Notes under the pieces: model-generated
Told to the model about the DNA's origin: nothing
Seen by the model: only the letters and a program-made list of their open reading frames with translations
Databases searched by the model: none
Program-made: the position numbers and the translations under genes
Origin: Sphagnum compactum
Taxonomy: Eukaryota
Assembly (NCBI GenBank): GCA_965153455.1
Contig: OZ234493.1
Location: 5,456,001 to 5,520,000 of the forward strand
Reading direction: 5' to 3'
Length of the DNA: 64,000 nt
Part shown: one piece after another, positions 40,251 to 53,315 of the stretch
How positions within the stretch are numbered: the stretch's first letter is position 1
Layout of the letters: the number at the start of each line of letters is the position of its first letter

Positions 40251-43200
40251 TTGTTGTGTAATCCTGCACTTATGGTTACAGGTCACTAAAATATCATCGA
40301 CTTAAATAATGAGGATGATAATATTGTCTAAGATCAGAATGCAAAGACTTCCAGGTTAATGAAACAAGGAACTAAGCATGAGACCATAGGAAGGAATTGA
40401 TTCGCTCGTGGCATGCTGAAGGCAATTGGCAAAGACCACATAGCAAGTGATGAAGCTTACAAAAATTTTGCTCTTGTTCTAGAAATACAGATCTCTTGGG
40501 CTGCTAAATATAGACATCCTCTTTGAAAAAATCATTAAGAAATGCAGACTTTGCATCATCATAATTTCTTCTTTGGCACACAGAATGTTCCACAGTGATA
40601 AAATCATATGGTATAATAGTGTGGCGCTATTGGGAAAATCCACAGCACGAACACATCAGGAACAGGAAAAAATAATCATTAAGAAGCAAACAAGTTTCAT
40701 TCTTATGACGAGTGCCATATGAAATGACTTATATGGTGGACTAGGCATAAAAGAGCTAATTGATCAAGATGACCAAACTGTCCTCCACTTGAGTATGTCC
40801 TCAATATCTGTTCTACAGTTCTCGCACTTTACTCCTGGCCATATCACTTATAAATTTAAGATGGCCAATTGTTGTGCCATAAGAAAATAGCCATCTTCCT
40901 ACTTGAATTATACTGTACACATACTACACGTTTACACTTCAAATTAAACTCTTGCATTCAGTCAAATGTTTATGTTTTGGGATAAAAACAATGTTCTCAG
41001 ACTGATGAAAAAGAGTCCATGTTTGTTGTCTTCATGAGAATGATCAACCAAAGTTAAATTTAGATCAGGCCCTCTATGGCTCCCCATCCCCAGAGTCCGC
41101 CACCCTGCCTCCTCCCCAAAGCCCTTGCCATCCTTATTCTTCTGCCTCTTGGTGCTCTTCATGGGGCTCTATAGCCAATTGGAATCACCATCCCTGAAAT
41201 TGAAATTTTCAAACATCTTCAAACATTGATATCGTTGCCCTTTCGAGCCCATCGATGTTAGTTAACAACGGCCTCACAGGTGGGACACCAACCCTAACAT
41301 CAAAGAAAGACCAGGTCACTTGCAATTCGATTCATCCACCAGCCTTCTGGTATTAAATCGCGCAAAGTCACACACATTAACGAATGTTTCTGATTGTCCA
41401 TTTTCTACTTGGATTTTGAATAGTTGCAAACCATGCTTCTTCACAAACCATACTAATGTTAGCATATAGAATCAAACCTGATGTGGTTGATACGTACTCT
41501 CTCAAATGGGTAAAACACTATGATGGATGCAAAATTTCCATCCCGCTTTTCAAGGAGTAGGTATCAGAATCTGCCTCCTATCCGTGGTGACCTGGGGCTT
41601 GGGTGAACCAGCACTCACACTTGACCCATGGTAAATACCCCAAAACTCATGTAAAATTCTTCTAAATATTAGAAATGTCCTTAGCTTAGGCTAAATCAAG
41701 GTCTCCAAGTCCAAATGTAACATTTCTTGGTCTTAATTTGGCCACTAAAGGGCCTCGGTCAAGAAGGTGAAGGTACCAGTGTGGGTGCTGGTTCACCGTG
41801 GCCGAGATCTAGTATCTTTAGTTTCATATAGCCTTCACCTTGTGCTTTACAATGGGAAAAGCCCATGGGTGGGGACATTCCCAAAATGTTGGGCCAGGCT
41901 TAGCAATTGCCTTCACTTTGTCCTGAGCCCCTTACCTTGGGAACGCCCCCACCATGAGGTTTTACCCCACACATTATAGCCCATGCCTGAGGCAGTTTCA
42001 ATATGTGTGTAAAGATTGCAAAGACCTGGTCCCCCAAAATTAGTGTAGATGAGAGCACCTTATTTACGGTGACTTTTCAGCGAGCATTTCAAAAACAAAA
42101 TGCCCACATGGGCGAGTGTTTTGTTCTCAAAATGTTTTGCCTCCTTTTTCTCTCTTTTTTGCCCTGTGGTGTATCATGTTTGGAGCAGGTCTTTAGGCTC
42201 TTAAGCCCTTGGCAGCAGGCTTTATCAAATTCGAGAGTCTGTGCTTGACTATGTCTCATGCGGGCCCTTATTCTGGTAAAGGGGGCTTTACCTTATGCCT
42301 ATAATTATTTTGTCTCTGTTAATTTCCCCACCATCCCCAGTCATTTCCTATTTTCAGGAAATTTCATTTTTCTGTTGTTTCTTTTACGTTCTTAAATTTG
42401 TCCATCACTCATTTTGGCTTAAGCTTTTAAAACAGCTTAGGAACTATTATGAGTCATATTAATTAGTTAAAATTAGGTGTGAATCACTGTTGCAATGGTC
42501 TACTGTGATTGGCCCATCACCAAAAAAAAATTTGAAACCTCCCCCAAAATAGAAAATAACTTGCTTTATATTGTTTTAGATAACCTCGTAAAATCATATA
42601 AATGTATTTGTTTTATTCTTACACATCTCATCTCATCTTATTACATCCAAAACAATTGGTTTATAGAGTGTAATGGAGATGGAACCATACGTAGGTTTAA
42701 AGTGGGTCAACTCTAAATTCTTTAGGAAAATGATTGAATCGGAGGTTTTAGGTTCCACAAGATTTTTTTAATAAAAGTTAAAACAAGCACCAAAGATTGT
42801 TTTGAAATAAAAAACCGGAGGACACTGGTTCAAACACTTCAGTTCTCTTGGCAGCCCTATGAGGTTCTTATGTTCAAACACAAGCTAGGTTCTCTTGGGT
42901 CAGGTGCTGTGGTTCTTGAATTCTAATAAATAAAAGGGGTTGCTTCTATGTTGGGCGGTTACCCAGTTTGACTAGTTAGAACTGCCAATTCTGATTCTAG
43001 TTAGTAAAACTAAAATTGGATTTGAGTTCCATTTTTGGAACTGGCTTTGGAACTGGGATCAGATCCAAAACCAAATAAGGGTCAGAACTTGGATCAGGTT
43101 TGCGATTCCACTTATGTTTAGAACAACAGTCAGAATTGGAATGGGGTCTGGTTTTCAGAACTGAAGAGAATTGTAATATTTTATTTGGTTCAAAGAGCCC

Positions 43201-43553
43201 AACCTCACCTGGAACTGGATTCCAGGTTTCATTGTGGCGTGAAACCCAAAACCAGAATAATTGAACATTTGTCGACCGACACCAATTGCTTTCCCCTTCC
43301 CTTTGTGGGGTACAGAGCATCTCTTACATACCGCCGAGGAGAAGTTCCCATGTTCAAACTTCCAACCTCCCTTATAAGTTATCATCACATGACAAGCAAG
43401 TGGGTAAACTTGTATATAAATTCAACGAGAATCTACTTGCAAAAAAGTAGCTCTGGAGAAACCCACAGTGAGACCCAGTGGAGAAACATTCGTACAAACT
43501 ATTGAAACCTAGCAGGTTTAGCACTAAATAATCATGAGAAAATAATAATTTAA

Positions 43554-43714
43554 AGGTGCATTCACACATGGTGTTAAGGACTCTAGTATTAAGTTGCCTA
43601 ACACCAAGCTAATTGTTTAGGACCTAAACCTATTTATCATGAAAATGTTATGTTAAGTTAATATAAACTTAATATTAAATAATCACCCATTTAACATTAG
43701 GTGTGAATGCAGCT
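43554..43714. mobile_element. Tourist/PIF-Harbinger-like MITE (161 bp); a truncated inverted relative lies at ~13743-13865
   Basis: TIRs AGGTGCATTCACAC / GTGTGAATGCAGCT (13/14 match) with TAA on both sides. Internal AACTTAATATTAAATAATCACCCATTTAACATT recurs, nearly exactly, reverse-complemented at ~13811-13843. Confidence 0.75.
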
Positions 43715-45300
43715 TAAGATGTATTACTTAACAAGTAAAAAGTATCAGGGTTTTTTTAAAAAAATTCTTGAAGCACGTGAACCAACAATCCTTCACAAGA
43801 GGACTTAGCCAAATTTGTGTACATGTCAAAAAGAAAAGTAAAAAAACTTTTAGAAACCCCTTTATGTACCGACAACGTGCAAGGACCTGTAATCCAAATA
43901 TGGCTATTTCAATGTTTTTTTTCCACCAAGTGGCGAAATTCCCCCAGCAAAAAAAAAACATTGAAAAGGACACATTAACCATTTCTTAATGGTTATGCCA
44001 GAAACTAAAAAGAAAACATATTAAATATTTCAGCAGTAAATAATCATGCAAAAACCTCAGGACTTTTCAGATAACATTAAGGTGTACTTAACAAGTTAAA
44101 AAGTAGACCTAATAATTTCATAATGGTTATGCCAAAATCTTAGAAGAAAATATATTAAATACTCAATGTCAAAGTGCCGAACTTGCTAGGTTACTCTGGT
44201 GGATTGTGCATTATTCTCAAATTAGCCAAGTTCATTCACTGGTAACAATTCCCAGCATAAACTAGCATTAAATGATGATTGTCCTAGGTAGGCCTAAGGG
44301 ATCAAAACGCAATCTGAAAATTGAGAGTGTTATGTGACAACATTTCAAACACTTTCAAACAATTTCAAAATAAGGATTTTTTTTGTCTTGCTGCCTTTCC
44401 TTTCACAGCACTTGAAATTATTTTTGCCATAATTGTATGAATAATCTTTAATTATATCGATAGTGAAAACCTTAATACCTTTCATAATATTGTGCGCTAG
44501 GCCTACCTCCACTCCAGGTCCCAGAAGGGACCACCTAGTTTTACAAAATTGGGAGTGCAAGTGGTGACCAATGTTGGAGAGAAATTAATTTTTTGTCAAT
44601 AGGTTATGAGCTGAGCTGCCAACTTGAAAAAGCATTTAGTCAGAGGGGTAAATGTCGGGGTTGACAACCTATTGGAGATAACTTGGAGTTACAATTTTTG
44701 AACAATTAATTTTCCTTTCTCTAGAATTTGAATCAATTTTTTTGAGCAAATGACTCTCCTATGTAACTAACTGTTTGTTCTGCTCATACATTGGTGGCAA
44801 CTTAAGAAGTGCCTAGGTCTTGATGTGGCTAATTTAATTGTTTTTATTCCCAATAAATGGCAAAAGACATCCCTAGAAATCACAAATTATTCGTGTTTTT
44901 CTCATTTTCTGGAAAAAAATTCGCGAATTTGCCCAAGTTGCAAAAATTCGTCAATTTGTGATAGTAAGAGAGATTAGGCAACAAACTGAAAAATAGGAAA
45001 AAAGAAGAAGAAAAAACAAAATTGAAGAGGAAGCTGAGATGAGAAAACGAAGCGTCTGGGAAGCAACACGATTTGCCGTAACCGCGTACGCCGTTGACGA
45101 AGGAGCTCATGATGTCGTGGTATGTTTCCTTTGTTTTCTCGGATTTCCAGATTGATTCGCAGCTCCAGTTTTTCCGTCTACTTGCACCTTTACCAGATCA
45201 TCGTCAATCGGTAGACTTTTTTGTTCCCAGGCCTGCCACCGATTTTCAGAATTCCTCAACTGTTGCAGCTTCTTCTTTTGCATCATCATCCCACGGGACT

Positions 45301-45361
45301 TCTCCTCCTCCTCCTCCTCCTCCTCCTCCTCGTCCTGGGTCTTCTTCTTCTTCTTCTTCTT
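45301..45361 (+). repeat. Compound (CCT)n/(TTC)n microsatellite in the probable 5' leader of DUF1218 copy 2. Other microsatellites: (TTC)n ~8258-8283, (TGTTA)n ~8351-8376, (GA)n ~9345-9388, (CCT)n ~50101-50122
   Basis: Directly visible simple repeats. Confidence 0.9.
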
Positions 45362-45547
45362 GCAGCACACATTAAGTTTGGTTTTTTCCTTCTTTCATAA
45401 CACGCCCAGTGTGCTCGGTTATATCTGCAACTTTTCTTAGCAGCAGTATTTCCAGTTGACGCAAAACTGCGGGTGAGGGAGCAGGCGGGAAGCTAGCTAG
45501 AGGTGTAACATAGCAGCGACTGCAGTGCGCCAGAGTGGAACGCAAGT

Positions 45548-47154
45548 ATGGGGAACGGTGGGGTGTCCAAGCTCGTGGTGGTCATCAGCTTTGTCTTCTT
45601 CATAATCGCATTCGGGCTTGCCCTCGGCTCGGAAATTAAGCGAAGCAAGGTCCGCGCATTCTGTTTCTCTGTGATTTAAGCTTGTTTCAAGCATCCTAAA
45701 GGAGGTTCTACAATTTGGAAGTGATCTGCAGTAGTGGGGTAAAAGAAGAGATTTCCAGACCTGGAAAACCTGATGCCTATTGCGATTTCTTTGTTCCTAT
45801 TGAAATTGCAAATGTAAGATCTAGTAGTAATGGAGCATCAAGCAATCAGCCCCGGCAAGAGACAATAGAACGAGTTGTTGCAGGACTCGAGGCACATACC
45901 CACTCGTGCAAATGGATGTGAATATTGATCAGCTCACAAATTCTTGAGCTACATGATGTTCAACATACGCACACTTGCAGACAGCTTACAGCTTCCTGAT
46001 CAATAAGATCAGCTTAAATAAGAGAGAAGATTTTTCCAGTATCTAGCTATGAACTTCACTCTGATCAAAGGAGGACATGCAAAAAATCATCTGCTGATCA
46101 CTCTCCTCAGGATTAATGGTGGGTTCTTGGTCATGTGACGGTTTTCTCATGGCTGCAGGTTACGAAGATCGACCACAACTTAGATGACACACTTGAATGC
46201 TATTACAGTGGAAATACATCAACTGGACTCGCTGTAGCTGCACTCGTCTTTTTGGTGGTTGCCCAGCTGTTTGTTACCATTACTACACGATGTCTGTGCT
46301 GTGCTACCAGTGCTTACAAACCTGGTGCTGCTCGCACAGTTGCTGTAGTGGCCTTCATATTCTCATGGTAAAGATATCAATCTTTCTCAATTTGTAAGTG
46401 TGAAAATAAATTTGGATTCCACTTGGACATTAACATAGGTGAGGTCCTGCAATCAGGACATTTCACCTTGGGAGAGGCCCTGCTGCTGTCCTTGGACCTC
46501 AGGCTCCACCCTTGGATCCCTGGCCTGAGGTCCAAGTGGAAAATATGCTGACAGCAGGAGCTCTCTGGCATAAATCTTACACCTAAGTTCCCTCTGATCG
46601 GGACCTTACACCATACTTCCCTCTGAGCAAGGTCGATCTCACACCATAATTCTCCTCTTACCCCCAAAAAGCAGGATTTTACCCTAGGTAAGCGCCTTCA
46701 TTTAATGAAACAAAAAAGTCTCGGACATTGTTACATGAAGCTGAAGTATTTTGATCTAGATTACTATTCTAAATGAATTAAGGATAGAAGTATTGAACTT
46801 CTAGATCATCTAGTCATGCATCTAATCATTGGTGAGTTGCAGCATGTACTGAAATGGTCTTGAGCTTTTTGCCTCTGTTGCAGGTTGTTTTTTGCTGTTG
46901 CGTTCTTTTTTCTTATTGTAGGAGCAATTGCAAATCATGCACATACAAATGCAGATGTAACCTGTGAGCAATTGAAATCAGCCGTGTTTGCCATTGGAGC
47001 TGCCTTTACTTTCCTCACCATGCTGATGAGCATACTTTACTATATACTCATATCCAAGGCTTCAATTTCTGCAGTGCCCTATGGCGCTGGTGGTCCTGCT
47101 TATTATGGTGGTCATGGAAATCCTCCATCAGTAGGATTGGCTACTTATGCTTAA
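45548..47154 (+). CDS. DUF1218-family four-helix membrane protein, copy 2. Exons 45548-45649, 46159-46367, 46884-47154; 193 aa
   Basis: Same first two exon lengths (102, 209 nt) and intron phases as copy 1. Protein MGNGGVSKLVVVISFVFFIIAFGLALGSEIKRSK|VTKIDHNLDDTLECYYSGNTSTGLAVAAL...TRCLCCATSAYKPGAARTVAVVAFIFSW|LFFAVAFF...CEQLKSAVFAIGAAFTFLT...GLATYA*. Retains the RCxCC motif typical of the family. Confidence 0.92.
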
Positions 47155-48775
47155 ACCACAGAATCATCAGAACTTCCCCAACTTCCCCTGGAAAGCGCAA
47201 CAATCTTGTCTGGGGTCAAGTCTTGCTGATCTCTTCTCCAACTGAATTCATTCCCAGATTTACTGAGATTTGATGATGATCCAGCTGACTCCTTTGTATT
47301 CTAGTGCAACTCCAAACGATCCAGTTATGTAGTCTAGGTTGTGTGAGGCTTAATATAGTTTGTGCACATTTTGTGACTGACAAAGCCAAAATTTGTTCCA
47401 AAAATGGGTTCATGAATTTGTCTAGGAGAAGAACAGGGTTTTTTCTTTTGGGTGACTTTGACTTTTCACTTCACAAATACAGCAGCATGTGTGTCTGCAT
47501 GATGTGCCATTACATTTAGAGATCTCTAGCCTCTGCTAATTTTGTAATTTCTGAAATGCATGGCTCTTTGTGAGGAGGTTTTGATGTATTGGAGTTTCTG
47601 ATCCCCAATCAACAAACTTTTTGTACTGTACTTCTTAGATTGGTGAGAAATGGGTTTTGAACATTGAAATCTTATTTGTAAGCCTGCTAGACATTCCCAC
47701 ATCAATGTTACTCCCTTTAAATCTCAATGAAGAATTTGGTAGAAATTACACAAAGTTCATCTTTGTGGGGAGAATGCAATTCACAGCCAACTTTATGACA
47801 TTGTCCTGGTGTGCAAATTTGCTTCTTTCTTTCACCATTGGCTTTTATGCTTTAGCATGGCTTAATTATGTTTCACCAAACTCATATAAACTCATACAAT
47901 TCACACAAGGTTAATGAATGACAGGCACAAGAATTGTTCAAAGGCAAATATCACTATTTGCGTATTGTCAAATATCATTTAATCACAAAATATGAATGTT
48001 TTTATTTGTGAGAAATCTTCACATTTCTTCAACCTGAAAAGTATGATTTCCGCATACCTATGCAAAGGATTTTTGTGGAAAAAATGGCACTAATTCACCA
48101 GAATGCATAGTCTCCTCCAGATGCTAACCTTAACTAGCCCAAAATGTTGCTTTGAGTCTGGGAACATATTCTAATTTTAGTCCTAAAGGTCTATCTCTGG
48201 AATAATTACAGCTCTCTTAAAAAATAACATTAAAATGTAATTCCCACTTTCAAAGGTCTTCAACAAGAAGCCCATGGATGGAAAACCAGATATCAGAACA
48301 AAAACAACTTTACATGAATGTTACTGTTACCCAATAGCCAAGGCATGGGATACCTCAACATTTTTTATCATCTTTCACCCCAAGCAAGATACATTAATGC
48401 CTTTGGCTTCAAAACATGGGCAGTACAAGAACTTGAAGTAATCATCTTGTAAAGATCTTCATGGTCCCCCAAATGAATTTAACAAGCTAAATATTCACCT
48501 ACTTGATAGAGCAGTGCCAACTTCAAAGCTTAGACCAGTGAAAATTGAAAAGAAGTTTACAAAATGCAGTCTAAAACAAAAGTACATATGGTGAAAACCC
48601 TGTGGTGCATTCCCTTAGAATTAAGAGGAAATTTCAAGGTTCACAGTCATCAAACTGCTATCACTAATTTCAGCATATACATACTTTGAAGAATTCAATA
48701 AGCAGATAAATTGAGAAAAACGCTGAAAATAACAGCAGAATTACAATGATGAATACAACCCCATGGAATACAAGA

Positions 48776-49094
48776 CAAGAAGTAGCTGAAGTACGGTGTG
48801 CTAAGGGGCTCATTACTGAGTGTAAATGATGAATACTTTACCTCCTTGACTCTTGAGGCTAAAGCAAACCCACCTAAAAAGCTCAAGCTACAGAATGAGG
48901 GAGAGCATTTGAAGAATACAACCCCAAGGAAAAAAACACACAAGAAGTAGCTGAAGTACAGTGTGCTCAGGACTCATTCCCAAGTGTAACTTTGACCCTT
49001 GAGGCCAAACACAATGACATAAAAACTCAAGCTATAGAAAGAGGGAGCATCAATCTGAATAAGAAAGTACAAACCACAAGGAAAAAACACACAA
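48776..49094. repeat. Diverged tandem duplication (~165-bp unit) downstream of TRXf
   Basis: CAAGAAGTAGCTGAAGTAC.GTGTGCT...CTCAAGCTA.AGAA.GAGGGAG...CAAGGAAAAA..CACACAA occurs at 48776 and 48941. Confidence 0.8.
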
Positions 49095-49398
49095 TAAGAG
49101 GCATGAAATTCAGTCAAGCTTGCACAAAACATTGACTCATGACAGCAATCAAAAGCCCGGTTTAAATGGGTATAAACTCTTGTCTATGCTCTTTCGACAC
49201 GAAGCTCCTCATCAGATTTTTCTACAAAAGAAACTCTTGAGATCAACTGCTATCTATCAGATGACTGGAACAAAGCAAGAGGAAAATCAAAGGAATCATG
49301 TCCTAGGGCTATTGTGTGTGCCCTAGATGTGGTGAAGAGTGTGAATAGAAACCCAGTAATTACAGGGGGGATGTGGAACCTTGGAGGTGAATGTGCAA

Positions 49399-50088
49399 TT
49401 AGGGTTTCGGAGATGGTCGAACCTTGTCTATGGCTGCAACAAGATCATCAAATTTGGCCCCTACTACTTCTGCCACAACTTTCTTGTTCTGGAGGATCTT
49501 GAAAGTCGGCACCACACGGATCCCGAGCTCCTTGGCCAGCGGCTTGTTTTCCTGATTGCAATCCAACTTCAAGAAGATCACATCCTTATACCTGTAAGAA
49601 AGCTCCTCCACTTTGGGCGCTATGAGCTTACAAGGACCACACCACTGCGTGAACATATCCAACACCACAACGGTATCCTCCCCGGCTTCTTCCACTGTTG
49701 ACCAGAACGTATCTTTACACGTCTCGCCCACTCCCCCTCCGCCACCATGACGACGCACGGGGGTTTGAGTAGTAATGAACGATTCCACGCCGGAATATTG
49801 CTCTGATCCTACTCTAGCTACAATTCTCCTGTCCTCCTCCTTCCTCTGCTTCCTGCCAAACCCTAAGTCCGATACCACTACTGACGACGCTACTGAAGGC
49901 GATGAGCAACAATGCTCCACATTTCTCGCAGCTGCTGCAGCTGAATGGAAAAAGCTGGTGCAGGATAGACTTGAATTAGGAGGAGATGTGAAATTTGAGG
50001 TGAGTTCAGGAGTTACAAAACTACTTCGGGTTTTGGGAAGACAGTTTTGGATGGAGAAACAGCCAGCTTTCAAGATTATGCAAGCCAT
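49399..50088 (-). CDS. TRXf: Chloroplast thioredoxin f with transit peptide, single exon, 229 aa
   Basis: WCGPC active site in the f-type context KDTFW...VVLDMFTQWCGPCKLIAPK...FLKLDCNQENKPLAKELGIRVVPTFKI...GAKFDDLVAAID, including the extra LDC cysteine of f-type TRXs. The Ser/Ala/Arg-rich N-terminus fits a plastid transit peptide. Confidence 0.95.
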   Translation of the reverse strand: MACIILKAGCFSIQNCLPKTRSSFVTPELTSNFTSPPNSSLSCTSFFHSAAAAARNVEHCCSSPSVASSVVVSDLGFGRKQRKEEDRRIVARVGSEQYSGVESFITTQTPVRRHGGGGGVGETCKDTFWSTVEEAGEDTVVVLDMFTQWCGPCKLIAPKVEELSYRYKDVIFLKLDCNQENKPLAKELGIRVVPTFKILQNKKVVAEVVGAKFDDLVAAIDKVRPSPKP

Positions 50089-53000
50089 TGCACCACCTAG
50101 TCCTCCTCCTCCTCCTCCTCCTTCTTCGTCGTCTTCGTCACCGCGCGCGGCTGGCTGAGTTGCTCGCTTGGCGTGCGTTTCTGATTCTGCCGCTCAAGCT
50201 CTTGCCCCTGTCCACAGCTCCCTTTGCAGCATCAGCGTCAGCGTTTTGGTTTTGATGGCCCATATATAGCCAAAAAGAGAAATTCAGATCTTTAAAAGCC
50301 ATAATTCGACCAAATATTAAGAAAAATCGCCAGATTTCTATACAGGGTTCAAGTAGGTAGCCAAAATTATAGAATGATATTTTAAATTAATTTAAATTAC
50401 ATATTTACCTTGTAGCCAAATTTGGCTAAATCTTCCAATGGATGATAACTGCATCACAAAATTGACAACAAGTACATTGATCAGCATGTCCTTGAAGTAT
50501 CCACATTATTACTTGAATTAGGATTACCGTAGTTAAATCAGATTACTAAATATGGATTTTTAGGTTATCCTTAAGGTACCCGAAACTGGGGCTACCGGGC
50601 TACAGTTTCACCGAAACTGGGGACGAAATGAGAAGACAGGAAGAAAACAGTACACGTCAGAAAAAACTGGGACCAAAATAGTTTTCTCCCCTAAATGGGA
50701 GTTTGAGCACTAGTTTTGGATTTGTGATTTCTTCTGCTTCACTGCTGTGTTCATAATTTTTCATTACAATCAAGCCTTGTCAGAAGAAGATCCGCCAAAT
50801 CTTCTGAACTGGTACCCAGTTTCATGAGACAGTACTCAATTTTGGTCACTTTACACAACCACTTACAAATTGGGGATGGGAACACAGATTAAAGGGCCAA
50901 ACTAGGGTCCAAAGGCAGGGTGACATTTAAGGTAACTCACTGACTACCTGGTTCTCTTTCCCACATGAGCTTTACTTTGAATTTGAGCAATATTAATTAT
51001 GCCATTTATATATGTTTCCAAGTCATAGGGGCAAGTCATACAGTATGCAGCACATAAGAATTTATAGATTCCAAAAACTAATTGTTGAATGCCAAGCTCA
51101 CTCACATGTTGGATTTGAAGAGGGGCCATTGTAGACTGTCTTTTAAGAATCTAACATCTATCTACTAAACCCTAAACCTTGAACACAATGATCAATTACA
51201 ATGCCTACTTGGTGAAGTGAATTGTTGGTCTTCCTTTATAGGTAGGACTGGTGAAAAAGGAGGGATGATGTAAAATTAGATAAGGCTATTATTGAATGAG
51301 GACCAAGCAAAACTAGGGGAATATGAACACAAAGTTTTCTTTTTCTCTCTTTTTCAGCTGCAAAATGGTTGATTGCTATGGTTCTTTAACAGTTGAATAT
51401 TATAGCACCTATAATTGTGAAATATTGCATTACACTTGTGCAAGTTGTCTATTTGGTAGACTTATTATGTGCGGAAAAAAGAAGAAGGAAAAAGAGTTTT
51501 GTCCATCCTTAACCGACTCAATTATTTTGTTCCTTCAAACATATATGGACTGCATATCCGGCTCAAGAGCACTGGTTAACACTTGGTACAACCCATAAAA
51601 CTAAAACTGCGATTACAAATAGGTGAGAGAACACTAAGGTAAAAGGCACCCAAAAACCATGAAAATAAGCATAATGAGTAAATTAGGTTTTTCTTTTTTT
51701 CTACACTCATTTTTCTCTTAAATATAAGAGGATTTATAATTCAACCCAAGTTGAAGCTGATTTTTTTTAAATTTTCAATTCATTATGAATTTTTAAAGAA
51801 TTGTGATTGTGATAGGAGTACATGTAGTATAAGGCAAACCGATTTAAAACTTAACCCAAGTTGAAACTGATTTTTTTAATTAATTATGATTTTAAAACAA
51901 TTGTGATAGGGGTATATGCCCCTTAATCCAGGGGATTTTAGTGTTAGTGGGATTTGTAGAACCTAAAATTTAGAAGGGGCAGTGCCATTGCTTTGTTGGT
52001 GGAGGCCTTTCACAAGACTGAATGAGAAGGTTTAATTCAGCCTTGATTATGATAAACATGCTTATGAATGAACATAATGTGTTTCAAAAAATAATTATGT
52101 CATGGTCAACCCTCGGTTGGTGGAGTCTAATTTTAATTTGTAACTCATCTTTGGGTGCTTCAGTAAGTTTTTGATTCAATTTTTCCATTAATAATGCATC
52201 CTAAAAGTTTTTGAAGCATCTTGTAAACGTAAGGTGCCTTTTCACAAAGGAAAAAAAAACAAAAAGGCCACTTTTTGAAAGGCACAATATGTTTAGAAAA
52301 GTCCTTTTGATCTTTAAGAAACATTATCAATCATTTGTGTAAAAGCATATCCACCCCCACAATCTTAAACTACACATTTACATTAAAATAAATTGGTGTT
52401 TAATGTTCAATGTTCCCACCCACACACATTTAAAAAGTCATTGCAAACAATGAAAGATCATTTATACCTTTCATTTAGAACAATAATTACCACTAACCAT
52501 ATTCACACTAGGAAAATATGTTTTAAAATGTTAAAATGATATCAACATTCTTGCTTGATTTTGCAAGAGAGCAACAAGTTTTGCGCTATTTTGCTAGAAT
52601 ATTTAACACAAAAAGGTCTTTATTACTATGAAGTGGAAATGTTCTAAGGTGCTCCAAATATGTTAGGATATTTCTTGAAATGTTTTACAGGAAAATTTGA
52701 AGTTTCCTAAAGATTTAACCACGAAATTTGTGAAGGATTGGGGAAATCTCTGTGTGTAGAATGTTACATTTACCACACTTCCCCCTTTGGAAGCATGGGC
52801 CATGAAATAGGTCAAATCATTAACCATTTTGGATGGCGTTTGTTGGGTTTATCATCACATTACCGGCTCTCATCATTCATGAGATTTGATCAACATTTGC
52901 CTTCATTAATGGTTTTATTGGCATTGCCTTCCACAATGAGATATGTTGAAGCTCAAATTTAGAAGTCCATTAATAGTTTACATGCTCCACTATGAAACAC

Positions 53001-53315
53001 ATTGTAATGCTATGTTAGGGTCCAAAGTGTGACAAATGTATTTTTCTTTTTCTTTTTTGCATTTAAAATTGTCATTCATCTTTTTGTCAACCATGTTCAT
53101 TTATGGTGAGCAATATATTTCGAGGTCCAAATATGCAAGGATCTTTTGCACCAATAATGAGTAACTCCAAGTTTTCAACCACATGTACAATCCAAATATG
53201 AAAAGCATTGCAAGGGAAAGGAAGGAATAGCGGATAAGGAAGTTTAGAAAATTGAAAATAATTATTGTATACAAAAATAAGTTTAACAACATAGATTTTT
53301 CCTCAAAGCTCCAAA

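Noticed and set aside
45094-45375. ORFs with poly-P/S and poly-E/K runs
   Set aside because: Artefacts of (CCT)n/(TTC)n leader microsatellites upstream of DUF1218 copy 2.
49381-50158. Plus-strand ORFs of 106 and 127 aa
   Set aside because: Antisense shadows of the thioredoxin f ORF.
52770-52915. Reverse polypurine tract (ACACTTCCCCCTT) and faint RNase H-like remnant of a copia 3' end
   Set aside because: Too degenerate to support without a homology search.
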